Position numbers and translations under genes: made by a program. 46,205 nucleotides of DNA from an uncultured Mycoplasmatota bacterium (GTDB taxonomy: Bacteria > Bacillota_I > Bacilli_A > RF39 > UBA660): contig CAMLTY010000004.1 of assembly GCA_946486465.1 (NCBI GenBank), positions 1 to 46,205 on the forward strand, given 5' to 3'. This document shows, one piece after another, positions 10,220 through 19,389 of the stretch (the first letter of the stretch is position 1; every line of letters begins with the position of its first letter). The notes under the pieces are model-generated. The model worked only from the letters and a program-made list of their open reading frames with translations. It was not told the origin of the DNA and searched no databases.

Positions 10220-11188
10220 TTAAACTACTTTTTCCTGAAAAACTTTACAAACAAGATCAATACATTTCTTTTTTTGTGAATATCTAGGATGAACATATAA
10301 ATTTAAAGTAATATTTACATTAGCATGACCTAGCAATTCACTTACTGTTTTATAATCAACACCTAAAGATATGCAATTAGTAGCAAAAGTATGTCGTAAT
10401 GAATGAAAATTAAAATGTTTAATTTTTAATTCGTCTAAAACTTTATTAAAATATTTTCTATATGTTCTAGGTTCAATATATTTTTCATTACCAGTAAGGA
10501 TATAGTGTTCTTTATCTGATTTTACTTTCTTCAATATTTCTAAGAAGTCTTTATTTATCGGAATTTCTCTATTAGCATTTTTAGTTTTTGGTGTCGTTAT
10601 AATAACTTTAGATATATTTTTATTTTTATCCTTAATATAAACTCGTTGAATGGTCTTATTAATTGTTAAACAATTTTTTTTAAAATCTACATCTTCCCAT
10701 CTTAAAGCACATAATTCTCCTATTCTAATACCAGAATATAAAGAAATTAATAAACCAATATTTCTAGAATTTATATTTTCTAATACATAGTTTGTAATTT
10801 TGCTTTGTTCTCTTTTAGTTAATACATATAGTTTATTTTCTTTATTATCTTTAGGATAGTTAAAGGTTAATTCTATATGCTTTATTTTATCTTCATTTAT
10901 TCCTTTTTTAATACTACCTTTAATAATTATTGTTATATCCTTGATGGTTTTTTCTGCTAATCCACCAGTATTATCTTTTCTTCCGTTTTTAGATAATTCT
11001 AGTAAAAAATCTTGAATTACTTTATGATTTAATTCATTAAGATAATAATTACCTAATTTAGGAATTATATGATTAAAAATATTATTAGAGTAGTTAGCAT
11101 ATGTAGATTCTTTGATATAATCTTTTTTTTCTAAAAGCCACGTGTAAATCCAATCTTTGTAAAGTATTTTCTTACTTTTCAATAACAT
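10220..11188 (-). CDS. Tyrosine recombinase (integrase family), probable hsdS invertase
   Basis: Catalytic motifs GIRIGEL, TPKT, FHSLRHTFA, LLGH, LNLYVH. ATG at 11188 has RBS GAAAGGAG and a TATAAT at 11215-11210. Flanked by IR1. Confidence 0.93.
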   Translation of the reverse strand: MLLKSKKILYKDWIYTWLLEKKDYIKESTYANYSNNIFNHIIPKLGNYYLNELNHKVIQDFLLELSKNGRKDNTGGLAEKTIKDITIIIKGSIKKGINEDKIKHIELTFNYPKDNKENKLYVLTKREQSKITNYVLENINSRNIGLLISLYSGIRIGELCALRWEDVDFKKNCLTINKTIQRVYIKDKNKNISKVIITTPKTKNANREIPINKDFLEILKKVKSDKEHYILTGNEKYIEPRTYRKYFNKVLDELKIKHFNFHSLRHTFATNCISLGVDYKTVSELLGHANVNITLNLYVHPRYSQKKKCIDLVCKVFQEKVV

Positions 11189-11234
11189 GATAAACTCCTT
11201 TCCAAAGATATTATACAAAATTCCAATTTTAAAG

Positions 11235-11261
11235 TATTAAACTTAAGGATTGGAAAGTGAT
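11235..11261. repeat. IR1 right copy (27 bp)
   Basis: TATTAAACTTAAGGATTGGAAAGTGAT, ending 5 nt before the hsdS-B ATG, the same spacing as for hsdS-A. Confidence 0.97.
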
Positions 11262-11266
11262 ACTTA

Positions 11267-12454
11267 ATGAATATACCAAAACTAAGATTTAAAGAATTTA
11301 ATGATGAATGGATAAAAATAGATTTATCAACATGTTTTGAGTATTTTAGTACAAATTCGTTATCTAGAGAACAGTTATCTGATCATGGAATAATAAAAAA
11401 TATTCACTATGGTGATGTTCATAAAAAATATGGGAATGTGGTCGATGTTGAAAATGATGTTGCTATTTATATTAAAGATGCAGAACAAATCAATAAATAT
11501 GAATTCTGTTGTGAAAACGATATTATATTTGCGGATGCATCAGAAGATTATGATGGAATTGGTAAAGCTATAGAGCTTATAAATGTTAATGAAAAGCTTG
11601 TTTCTGGGTTACATACCATACATGCAAGAGATAAAAAACAATTTTTTTCTCCATTGTTTAAAGGCTATTATTTCAATACACCTATTATTCATAATCAAAT
11701 AAGGATTTTAGCAAATGGATTCAAAGTTTTTGGTATATCTAGAGATAACATTAATAATTTAAAAGTTATGCTTCCTTCTAAACAAGAGCAAGAGAAGATT
11801 GCAAAACTTTTATCATTATTAGACAAAAAAATACAACTTCAAACTAAGAAAATTGAAGCCCTTAAGTTATTTAAATCATACACAAAAAGTGAAATATTTA
11901 AAAATGGAAATCATGTATGTAAGTTGGGAGTTATATTAAATAAATGGAATAAAAAAAATAAAGATGGCGCTATTAATTATGTTGAAAGTATAAGTAATAA
12001 AGCAGGATTTATTCCTCAATCAGAGCAATTTGAAGACCGAAATGTTGCTAGTAAAAATCTAAGAAATTATTATGTTATAAAAAAAGGCGTTTTTGGATAC
12101 AATCCTTCAAGATTGAATGTAGGTTCTCTTGCACTAAAAGAAAACGATTTTATAAGTGTAGTTAGCCCACTATATGAATGCTTTACAACCACCCAAAATA
12201 ATACATATTTGTTTGAATGGTTTAATTCAAATAATTTTAAAAAGGAAACTTTTTCAAAATTTGAAGGCGGAGTTAGAAATACATTAAATTTTAATAATTT
12301 ATGTGATATTCCAATTAATTTACCAGATATTGAAACTCAAAATCAATATGCAAAATATTTTAATAAAATTAATTTTAAAATAAGTCTAGAAGAGCAAAAA
12401 TTATCTGAATTGGTAAAATTTAAAAAAGGATTGTTGCAAGATATGTTTATATAA
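11267..12454 (+). CDS. hsdS: Type I R-M specificity subunit S, allele B (two TRDs)
   Basis: MNIPKLRFKEF, TRD1 (NIHYGDVH...FADASED), LPSKQEQEKIA, TRD2 (FGYNPSRLNVGS...VVSPLY), FKKGLLQDMFI. Confidence 0.95.
   Translation: MNIPKLRFKEFNDEWIKIDLSTCFEYFSTNSLSREQLSDHGIIKNIHYGDVHKKYGNVVDVENDVAIYIKDAEQINKYEFCCENDIIFADASEDYDGIGKAIELINVNEKLVSGLHTIHARDKKQFFSPLFKGYYFNTPIIHNQIRILANGFKVFGISRDNINNLKVMLPSKQEQEKIAKLLSLLDKKIQLQTKKIEALKLFKSYTKSEIFKNGNHVCKLGVILNKWNKKNKDGAINYVESISNKAGFIPQSEQFEDRNVASKNLRNYYVIKKGVFGYNPSRLNVGSLALKENDFISVVSPLYECFTTTQNNTYLFEWFNSNNFKKETFSKFEGGVRNTLNFNNLCDIPINLPDIETQNQYAKYFNKINFKISLEEQKLSELVKFKKGLLQDMFI
11825..11875. repeat. IR2 right copy (51 bp)
   Basis: AAAAAAATACAACTTCAAACTAAGAAAATTGAAGCCCTTAAGTTATTTAAA, 3 mismatches to the reverse complement of 9547-9597. 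Confidence 0.9.
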
Positions 12455-12471
12455 CTTTTCTAGTATCTTCT

Positions 12472-12494
12472 TTATTTAAAAAAGGACTATTAAA
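12472..12494. repeat. IR3 right copy (23 bp)
   Basis: TTATTTAAAAAAGGACTATTAAA, encoding LFKKGLL in the same codon register as in hsdS-A. Confidence 0.9.
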
Positions 12495-13054
12495 TTCCTT
12501 TTTTCAAAACAGACAACCTAATGTTACTATCGAAAATTGTATTTCGTATGGTAAAGCTGGTGGTACTCCATCATCAAAGAACAAAGATTATTATGATGGA
12601 AATATTCCTTTTTTAAGTATTAGTGATATGACAAGTCAAAAAAAATATATATTAAAAACAGAAAAATCAATTTCGCAACAAGGAATTAAAAATTCGTCTG
12701 CATGGATTGTTCCGAAAAATAGTATAATATTATCTATGTATGCTTCTTATGGATTAATTGCTATAAATAAAATTGAACTTGCTACAAGTCAAGCTATGTT
12801 TAGCATGATTGTTAATTCAAAAAATAATATTGAATATATTTATTATTATTTAGAGTTTCTTTATAATAATAATTATTATGATCGATTAGTATCTATAGGC
12901 ACACAAGCAAATTTGAACACTGATAAAGTGAAAAAAATAAAAATATATTTGCCAGATATAAATAGTCAAAATAAAATTAGTAAAATATTAAAATTATGTG
13001 ATGAGAGAATTGAATATGAAAATAAAAAAGAATTTGAGTTAAGAAAATTTAAAC

Positions 13055-13079
13055 AAGGACTTATGCAAAATATGTTTAT
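13055..13079. repeat. IR4 right copy (25 bp)
   Basis: AAGGACTTATGCAAAATATGTTTAT. Confidence 0.8.
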
Positions 13080-13202
13080 TTAGACTTGCAATCTCATAAA
13101 ATCAGAGCTAACATACAACACAAGGAATCGATTTTTATCTGATATTTTTTAAAGATGATACTCATCGCCCAACATATTAAAAGTCGAATAATTATTTTTA
13201 AC

Positions 13203-13232
13203 AAAGAAATGAAATTATAATCATTTCTTTTT
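13203..13232 (+). terminator. Intrinsic terminator after the hsdS cassettes
   Basis: AAAGAAATGA-N8-TCATTTCTTT followed by Ts. Confidence 0.55.
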
Positions 13233-13244
13233 ATTATAAATATA

Positions 13245-13253
13245 TGATAGAAT
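13245..13253 (+). promoter_or_regulatory. Extended -10 promoter for the DUF262 gene cluster
   Basis: TGATAGAAT just upstream of RBS AGGAG. Confidence 0.5.
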
Positions 13254-13274
13254 AACTTTAGGAGTGTGAATGTA

Positions 13275-15104
13275 ATGATTAAATATACAGAGCCAAATAA
13301 TATAGCTCAAATATTTTCTAATGAAAAGAGTATTTTATATAACATACCAAAATATCAAAGAGAATATACATGGGGACAAAAAGAATGGGGATTATTATTT
13401 AATGATGTAATTGAAAATGATAAAGGATATTTTTTAGGTTCTATTATTTGTGTAGATGATAGTGTCAGTGCTTGGAGTGATGCTATATTAGAAGTTATTG
13501 ATGGACAACAAAGGTTAACATCTATTTCTATTCTATTAATAACTCTATATAATAAATTAAACAAAATGAAAAGTCAGTTAGATGAAGATGGACTTACAGA
13601 TTTAAATAATATTAAAAGAGAATTAGTTGTTAAAAGAAATGGTAAAAATATTTCAAGATTAAAACTACAAGTTCAAAATAATAATAGAGATGACTATTTT
13701 AGTTTACTATGTGAAAATGATTTGCTTTTAGACTATGAAAAAAAGAATAATGCTGGTAATAGAAGAATATATCGAGCCTATTATTACTTTTCTAATTTAA
13801 TTGATAAATATATAGAAGAAGTTCAAAAAGATGATTCAGATTTGAATGAAATAGATATTTTATTTGAGTTAGTAAACAAATTTAATTCTGCTATCTTAGT
13901 ATCTATTCAGGTAGAAACTCATAAAGATGCTTATATGTTATTCGAATCATTAAATAATAGAGGAGTTCCTTTATCTGCTATTGATTTAATTAAAAATTTA
14001 TTAATTAGTGTGTCAGATGATGATGCTAAATCAAATGAATGTTATTCTAAATGGAAAAAAATACTTTCCTATTTAAGCGATGATTATAGCGTACAAGAAA
14101 GATTTTTTAGACAATTTTATAATGCTTATAGAGATGAATTAAACGAACCATATAAAGCAGAAGGAAAAGTAAAATATGCATTAGGTTATCTAGCTACAAA
14201 AAGTACAATACTAGATATCTATGAAAAATTAATTAAAACAGATTATGAAAAATTTTTAAATAGAGTTGAAAAAGAAGCAAGAAATTATTCTATTTTAATT
14301 AATAATGCAAGTGAAGATGATGTTATTGAAGAATTAGCACAGCCATTATTTAATTTAGATAAAATTCAAGGAGCACCTTCATATATTTTACTTTTATATT
14401 TATTGTCAAAAAAAGAAGAATTAAATTTAAATAACGAGGTTATTGCAAATATTATTAACTATTTAACAAAGTTTTTTGTTAGAAGAAATATTACAGATTA
14501 TCCAAACACAAGAAATTTAACAAAGATATTTATGGATTTAGTAGCACTAATTAAAGATAAACAAGATACTGAAATATATGATTTGATTATCAATAATTTA
14601 AAAGCTAATTCATCATCTGATGAAATATTTGAAGCAAAATTAAAAGGATCAATATATTTAGATAATCCAGATGCTACAAGATTCTTATTATGCTATTATG
14701 AAGATAAATTTAAGACTAATGAAATATATACTAATTTGTGGAGCAGAGATAGTAGTAATAAATATATTTGGACTATAGAGCACATTTTTCCTGAAGGAGA
14801 AAATATTCCAACAGAGTGGATTAATATGATCGCTAATTGTGATAAAGATTTGGCGGTTGAATATTTAAATAATTATATACATACTTTAGGAAATTTAACT
14901 ATAACTGGATATAACCAAAACTTAAGTAATTTATCTTTTGAAAAGAAAAAGAATAGGGTTAATAAAGATGGTAATTACATTGGATATAAAAATGGATTAA
15001 AATTAAATGAAGATATAGTAAGTAAAGACTCATGGCATATTGAAGATATAAAAGAAAGAACAAATAAATTAGTAGATTTCTTTATAAAAGAGTTTGAATT
15101 ATAA
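13275..15104 (+). CDS. DUF262 + DUF1524 (HNH-like) protein, GmrSD-type modification-dependent restriction nuclease family
   Basis: IPKYQREYTW, YFLGSII, VIDGQQRLT and FESLNNRGVPL (DUF262); TIEHIFP, TLGNLT and YNQNLSN (DUF1524). ATG at 13275 preferred over GTG at 13266 on RBS spacing. Confidence 0.9.
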   Translation: MIKYTEPNNIAQIFSNEKSILYNIPKYQREYTWGQKEWGLLFNDVIENDKGYFLGSIICVDDSVSAWSDAILEVIDGQQRLTSISILLITLYNKLNKMKSQLDEDGLTDLNNIKRELVVKRNGKNISRLKLQVQNNNRDDYFSLLCENDLLLDYEKKNNAGNRRIYRAYYYFSNLIDKYIEEVQKDDSDLNEIDILFELVNKFNSAILVSIQVETHKDAYMLFESLNNRGVPLSAIDLIKNLLISVSDDDAKSNECYSKWKKILSYLSDDYSVQERFFRQFYNAYRDELNEPYKAEGKVKYALGYLATKSTILDIYEKLIKTDYEKFLNRVEKEARNYSILINNASEDDVIEELAQPLFNLDKIQGAPSYILLLYLLSKKEELNLNNEVIANIINYLTKFFVRRNITDYPNTRNLTKIFMDLVALIKDKQDTEIYDLIINNLKANSSSDEIFEAKLKGSIYLDNPDATRFLLCYYEDKFKTNEIYTNLWSRDSSNKYIWTIEHIFPEGENIPTEWINMIANCDKDLAVEYLNNYIHTLGNLTITGYNQNLSNLSFEKKKNRVNKDGNYIGYKNGLKLNEDIVSKDSWHIEDIKERTNKLVDFFIKEFEL

Positions 15105-15133
15105 TTAATACAAAAGAGAAGATGTGATTAATA

Positions 15134-16783
15134 ATGAAGATAGACTTTGAGGATGATTTTAGTACTAGAATATTATCAAGAGGTTATGAATACTATAAAG
15201 ATGGTTTAGTAGAAGATGTTTTAATTAAAGATAATATTATAACTGCAAAAGCCCTAGGTAATGATACTTATGATGTCTCTGTTGAAGTAGATAATGGTAT
15301 ATTTATAGATGGAGATTGTACTTGCCCTTATGCAAGTGAAGGAAATTATTGTAAACATATGGTAGCATTATTATATTATTTAGAAAATGAGAATCTGGAT
15401 GAAAAAAATAATTATACTACTAAAGAAAAAGAGATTAGAGATAGTCTTAGGACAATTAACAAGATAGAATTAGATGATTTCTTAGTAGAATTATTAATTG
15501 AAGATAGGGATGTTTATGATAAGTTTAGATTAAGATTTAATAAATCATTCCCTAGTTTAACTATTGAAGATTATGAAAATAAAATATATGATGCTATTGC
15601 AAATAGTGCTGGTCGTGATGGTTTTATAGATTATCATGAATCATGGGATTATACTAAAAATATGCATAAGATAACTAGAGAAGTAAATTCTTTAGTTGAT
15701 AATGGTGACTATGTTTTAGCATTTGAAGTTGCCAAAGCTATTTTAGAATCAATTCCTGATACAGATATAGATGACTCTAATGGTTCTACAGGTGAAGTAG
15801 CAGAATCATGTATAGAAATAATCGAAAGAATATTAGAATCTATATTATATGATGAAAACACCTTAGCTAAGAAAATATTAGATTATATTTTAAGAGAATT
15901 AAAGACTGAATGTCTTTCTAATTATGGTATTTACTTATATCCATTATTAGATTATTTTGTAGATAAAAATATTTATTTTGATGAAATAGAAGAAGGACTA
16001 TTAGAATCTTTAGAAAAAGGAAAAAATAAAAAGTACTTTTGGAATGCCAAATATTATGTAGATATCTTAGTTAATATTTATAGTAAAGAAAATGATGATG
16101 AAAAGATTATGAAGTTATTAAAAGAATATTCTACTGATAAGAGTATCTGTTTAAAGTTAGTTGAAAAATACTTAAAACAAGGTAATACTAATAATGCGAT
16201 TACTTTATTAAAGAATAGATTAAGGGAAACTAAAGATAGAGAATATGCTTTAAAACTAGCTGATATATATAAAGATAATAATAAAAAAGTTGAATATAAA
16301 GACATTTTATATCAGTTATTATTTGAATATGATAAGTATAATATAGATATTTACAAGAAAATAAAGCATCTATATTCAAATAAAGATTGGTTAATTGAAA
16401 GAGAAAAAATAATAAGTAGAATTTTAAAGGAAGCGAAAGGAAGCATATATATCATTGATATATTAAAAATTTACATAGAAGAGAAAAAGTATGACGACAT
16501 GTATAATCTATTAAAGGATAAGGATATGAGTACTATTATGAGATATGAAGAGTACCTTTTACCTAAATATAATAAAGAACTAATAAACATTTATGTTAAA
16601 AGTTGTAAGTCATTTGCTAGTAAAGCTTCTAATAGAAGTATGTATAGTGAATTAGCAAGAGATATGCTTCATATAAAGAAAATGAAAAATAGCAAGGATG
16701 AATATACTAAGTTACTTGAAGAGATGAGAGAAAAATCTCGTAATAGACCTGCAATGCAGGATGAGTTATCACAAGTATTATAA
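15134..16783 (+). CDS. SWIM zinc-finger protein with a helical C-terminal region
   Basis: RGYEYY...YDVSV...CTCPYASEGNYCKH (CxC-xn-CxH); C-terminal RNRPAMQDEL. Confidence 0.85.
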   Translation: MKIDFEDDFSTRILSRGYEYYKDGLVEDVLIKDNIITAKALGNDTYDVSVEVDNGIFIDGDCTCPYASEGNYCKHMVALLYYLENENLDEKNNYTTKEKEIRDSLRTINKIELDDFLVELLIEDRDVYDKFRLRFNKSFPSLTIEDYENKIYDAIANSAGRDGFIDYHESWDYTKNMHKITREVNSLVDNGDYVLAFEVAKAILESIPDTDIDDSNGSTGEVAESCIEIIERILESILYDENTLAKKILDYILRELKTECLSNYGIYLYPLLDYFVDKNIYFDEIEEGLLESLEKGKNKKYFWNAKYYVDILVNIYSKENDDEKIMKLLKEYSTDKSICLKLVEKYLKQGNTNNAITLLKNRLRETKDREYALKLADIYKDNNKKVEYKDILYQLLFEYDKYNIDIYKKIKHLYSNKDWLIEREKIISRILKEAKGSIYIIDILKIYIEEKKYDDMYNLLKDKDMSTIMRYEEYLLPKYNKELINIYVKSCKSFASKASNRSMYSELARDMLHIKKMKNSKDEYTKLLEEMREKSRNRPAMQDELSQVL

Positions 16784-16798
16784 AAAGAAGGGTCTAAT

Positions 16799-17317
16799 AT
16801 GGGAACAGATAGTTATAAAGTAAGTGTTAAATTGGAAGAATTTGAAGAGATAATAAAAAGGACATTATTAATTAATGATAATGTTAAAATTAAAGATTTT
16901 TGTGAGGCAATTATTATAAGTATGAATGGAGATTTATCTCATCGTTATGAATTAAACTATAACAATAAATATTATTTAATGAAGGGTATGACTAAAAGAC
17001 GTAATGATGAAGTGTTTATGGGATCAGATAGAATTGCTAAATTATTATTTGATGAAAAAGATGAAATGTTAATAAATTATGATTTTGGAGATAACTGGAT
17101 GTTTGAAGTAACGATAGATGAAATAATAAAAGGACATAATTCCAAAAATGTAGTTTTATTAGATGGAGTAGGTAAAGGTATAGAAGATGATTGTGGTGGA
17201 GTCTATGGCTTAGAAAGATTAATTACTAATAAAGATAATGACTGGGGTTATGATATTGATGACTTTAATATAGATAAAATTAATGAAAAACTTGATAGAC
17301 GTTATAATGATAGATAA
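16799..17317 (+). CDS. Plasmid pRiA4b ORF-3-like (IS1096 passenger TnpR-type) protein
   Basis: HRYE, YDFGDNWMF and EDDCGGVYG motifs. Confidence 0.8.
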   Translation: MGTDSYKVSVKLEEFEEIIKRTLLINDNVKIKDFCEAIIISMNGDLSHRYELNYNNKYYLMKGMTKRRNDEVFMGSDRIAKLLFDEKDEMLINYDFGDNWMFEVTIDEIIKGHNSKNVVLLDGVGKGIEDDCGGVYGLERLITNKDNDWGYDIDDFNIDKINEKLDRRYNDR

Positions 17318-17427
17318 TTTGTTAAACCAATTACAAATAGATTTTTTGGTATTATTTGGGAAAAAATCTATATATTTAACAAACTATATGATAGAACGTT
17401 GATAGATAAAATTAAAGGAGAAGTAGT

Positions 17428-19374
17428 ATGGGTGAATATTTTTTTGAAAGATTAGATGAATGTGTTGAAAAATATGATTTAGATTTCTTTTATCAAAAGA
17501 AAACAGAAGGTAATTTAGAAGATTTTTTAAACTCTTATAGTGATGAACAATTAAAAGCTTTTATGTATCTTTATTTTTCAAAGAGCAGTAAAGGTTCAGA
17601 TGAGATAAGCCATAAAGAAAAGGTGAGGATGTTAAGCTTAAAAATAAAAGATTCTTTTGAAAAGCTCCTTAAAGACCTTAGTTTTCATAATACTATCTCA
17701 TTTGATAAAATAATATCTACAGGAGTTAAAGATGGATATTCATCAGTATTGATTAATATTGGTTGGGCTTTTATAAATGAAGAAAGTGATGAATATAGTG
17801 TTCCAGATGATTTAAAGAAAATATATTTAAAAATTGCTACTAAAAAATATAAAAAAGAAAAGTTATTTGATAGTATACACGAGTTAGTAAGTAATATGTT
17901 CTTTAATATGGGGATTATTCCTAAAGATTTCTTATCAAAATATTTTGATAAGAATTTATATGGCTTGATGACTTGGAAACAATTGGATAATATGCTAGAA
18001 AATTACTTTATTAAAATCTATAATGGTAAAGAATATTATGTAGATAATCATATTAATTTTATGGATGATGATTTTGATGATATAAAAGATGTAATTTATT
18101 TTAAAAGAACTATTGATGATTATAAGATGTATTCTGATAAGATATATGATGTGTTAGCAGAAATCTATAAAATAATAACAGGTGAATATTCTGCAACTTA
18201 TAAAATGACATATCTTGTTTTAGGAAATGCAAGAAGTGCCGAAGATATTATAGATAGTATTAAATCTAATTATAGAGTTACCGAAAAGAAATTAGAAAAG
18301 ATAAGTGAAATTATTTATAATAACTTCAATGAATTAAGATTTTGGGATTATGGTGCTAAAACTATAGATGAAGCGACTGTAGATTTATTTATATTAGATA
18401 AAAAACCTAAAAGTAGTAAATATTCTATACTTTTAAATTCTTTATCTGATGATGCTATTGATTATTTAAGTGATAATTACTCTTTTGATAGTAAAGATGA
18501 ACTTAAAGAGATGCTTTTAAATTATTTTAATGATTTCTATTTAAAGGAATTAATGGAAAATGATTTAGTTGATAATATATTAGAATGTGATTTAGAAGAG
18601 TATAATGCTAATTCTTATATAACTAAAGCTGTCCTTAATGGTGTTATATTTTTATATAAAGATATGGATAAAATAAAAGTATTTATTCCAGAAGAAATTG
18701 AGAAGTTGTTAATAAATTGTGATGGAAATAGCACAAGGGAAATTAATTATAGTATTTCTAATATAATACAAAGTTATATAGCTATTAATGGGGCAATAAA
18801 AAAGGATAAACTTCACGAAATATTAAAAGAAGATTATCATATTGATTTACCTATAAAAGAGATGGATGAGTTTGTAAAAGATGAAAAAGTTTTTGACGTT
18901 TTAGATGATTATTATTGTGTTTATGGTCAATTAAATGAATTCTTTGAAGCTAAAGTTTTGCCTTTGAAAGAAAAGTTTGGAAAGTACAGAATAATAAACC
19001 TTGAAACAGATAATATTGTTACATGTGCCACTTCTTTTATTAGTGAAGTAGATGAATATTTAAATACTTTAAAAATTGACTATTCTAAAATAGGTGAATT
19101 TATTTCTCTTTTACATATAATATCATTTACAGATTATTATACTAAAGAAAATCTTGAAAAAATGAATAGTGACATTGGTTTAGATTTGTCAAAAGTACAG
19201 ATAAATAAAGTGCATAGTATAATAGATAAATATAAAAATGATATTCCAATATGGACTTATAACGGTTATACTAAAAAAGAAGTTAATTCTATGCCTAAAG
19301 AGAAAAAAGTAGGAAGAAATGAACCTTGCCCATGTGGCTCTGGTAAGAAATATAAAAAATGTTGTGGGAAGTAA
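17428..19374 (+). CDS. SEC-C motif protein, paralog P1 (two internal modules)
   Basis: C-terminal [21 protein letters not shown]; [10 protein letters not shown] mid-protein and [10 protein letters not shown] near the C-terminus; RBS AAGGAG. Confidence 0.88.
   Translation: MGEYFFERLDECVEKYDLDFFYQKKTEGNLEDFLNSYSDEQLKAFMYLYFSKSSKGSDEISHKEKVRMLSLKIKDSFEKLLKDLSFHNTISFDKIISTGVKDGYSSVLINIGWAFINEESDEYSVPDDLKKIYLKIATKKYKKEKLFDSIHELVSNMFFNMGIIPKDFLSKYFDKNLYGLMTWKQLDNMLENYFIKIYNGKEYYVDNHINFMDDDFDDIKDVIYFKRTIDDYKMYSDKIYDVLAEIYKIITGEYSATYKMTYLVLGNARSAEDIIDSIKSNYRVTEKKLEKISEIIYNNFNELRFWDYGAKTIDEATVDLFILDKKPKSSKYSILLNSLSDDAIDYLSDNYSFDSKDELKEMLLNYFNDFYLKELMENDLVDNILECDLEEYNANSYITKAVLNGVIFLYKDMDKIKVFIPEEIEKLLINCDGNSTREINYSISNIIQSYIAINGAIKKDKLHEILKEDYHIDLPIKEMDEFVKDEKVFDVLDDYYCVYGQLNEFFEAKVLPLKEKFGKYRIINLETDNIVTCATSFISEVDEYLNTLKIDYSKIGEFISLLHIISFTDYYTKENLEKMNSDIGLDLSKVQINKVHSIIDKYKNDIPIWTYNGYTKKEVNSMPKEKKVGRNEPCPCGSGKKYKKCCGK
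19260..19313 (+). repeat. 54-bp perfect direct repeat shared by the 3' ends of P1 and P4 (partner 25419-25472)
   Basis: TAACGGTTATACTAAAAAAGAAGTTAATTCTATGCCTAAAGAGAAAAAAGTAGG in both. Confidence 0.9.
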
Positions 19375-19389
19375 GGAGCTGTTAGATTA

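Larger units (their letters stand above)
12472..13083 (+). pseudogene. hsdS: Silent hsdS half-cassette C (single C-terminal TRD, no start of its own)
   Basis: The frame is open upstream of the track ATG at 12628 and reads LFKKGLLNSFFQNRQPNVTIENCISYGKAGGTPSSKNKDYYDGNIPFLSISDM... It begins at IR3 and ends FKQGLMQNMFI. The GGTPS-YY-G-IPF motif is typical of a TRD start. Confidence 0.9.

Noticed and set aside
10220-11218. Integrase as a marker of a prophage or ICE
   Set aside because: No phage, replication or conjugation genes are present. It is bracketed by inverted, not direct, repeats and by hsdS genes, which fits an invertase.
9008-13079. IR4 as a productive switching site
   Set aside because: It encodes the conserved HsdS C-terminus. 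Inversion there would flip the whole cassette without creating a new allele, so protein-level conservation explains it adequately.
12628-13083. Independent 151-aa CDS starting at ATG 12628
   Set aside because: The ATG falls inside the TRD, after the GGTPS motif, and has no RBS. The frame extends back to IR3, so it is treated as a silent cassette.
17337-17371. 11-bp inverted repeat ATAGATTTTTT-N13-AAAAAATCTAT upstream of P1
   Set aside because: It could be an operator or weak terminator, but it is mostly homopolymer and has no second copy to support it.
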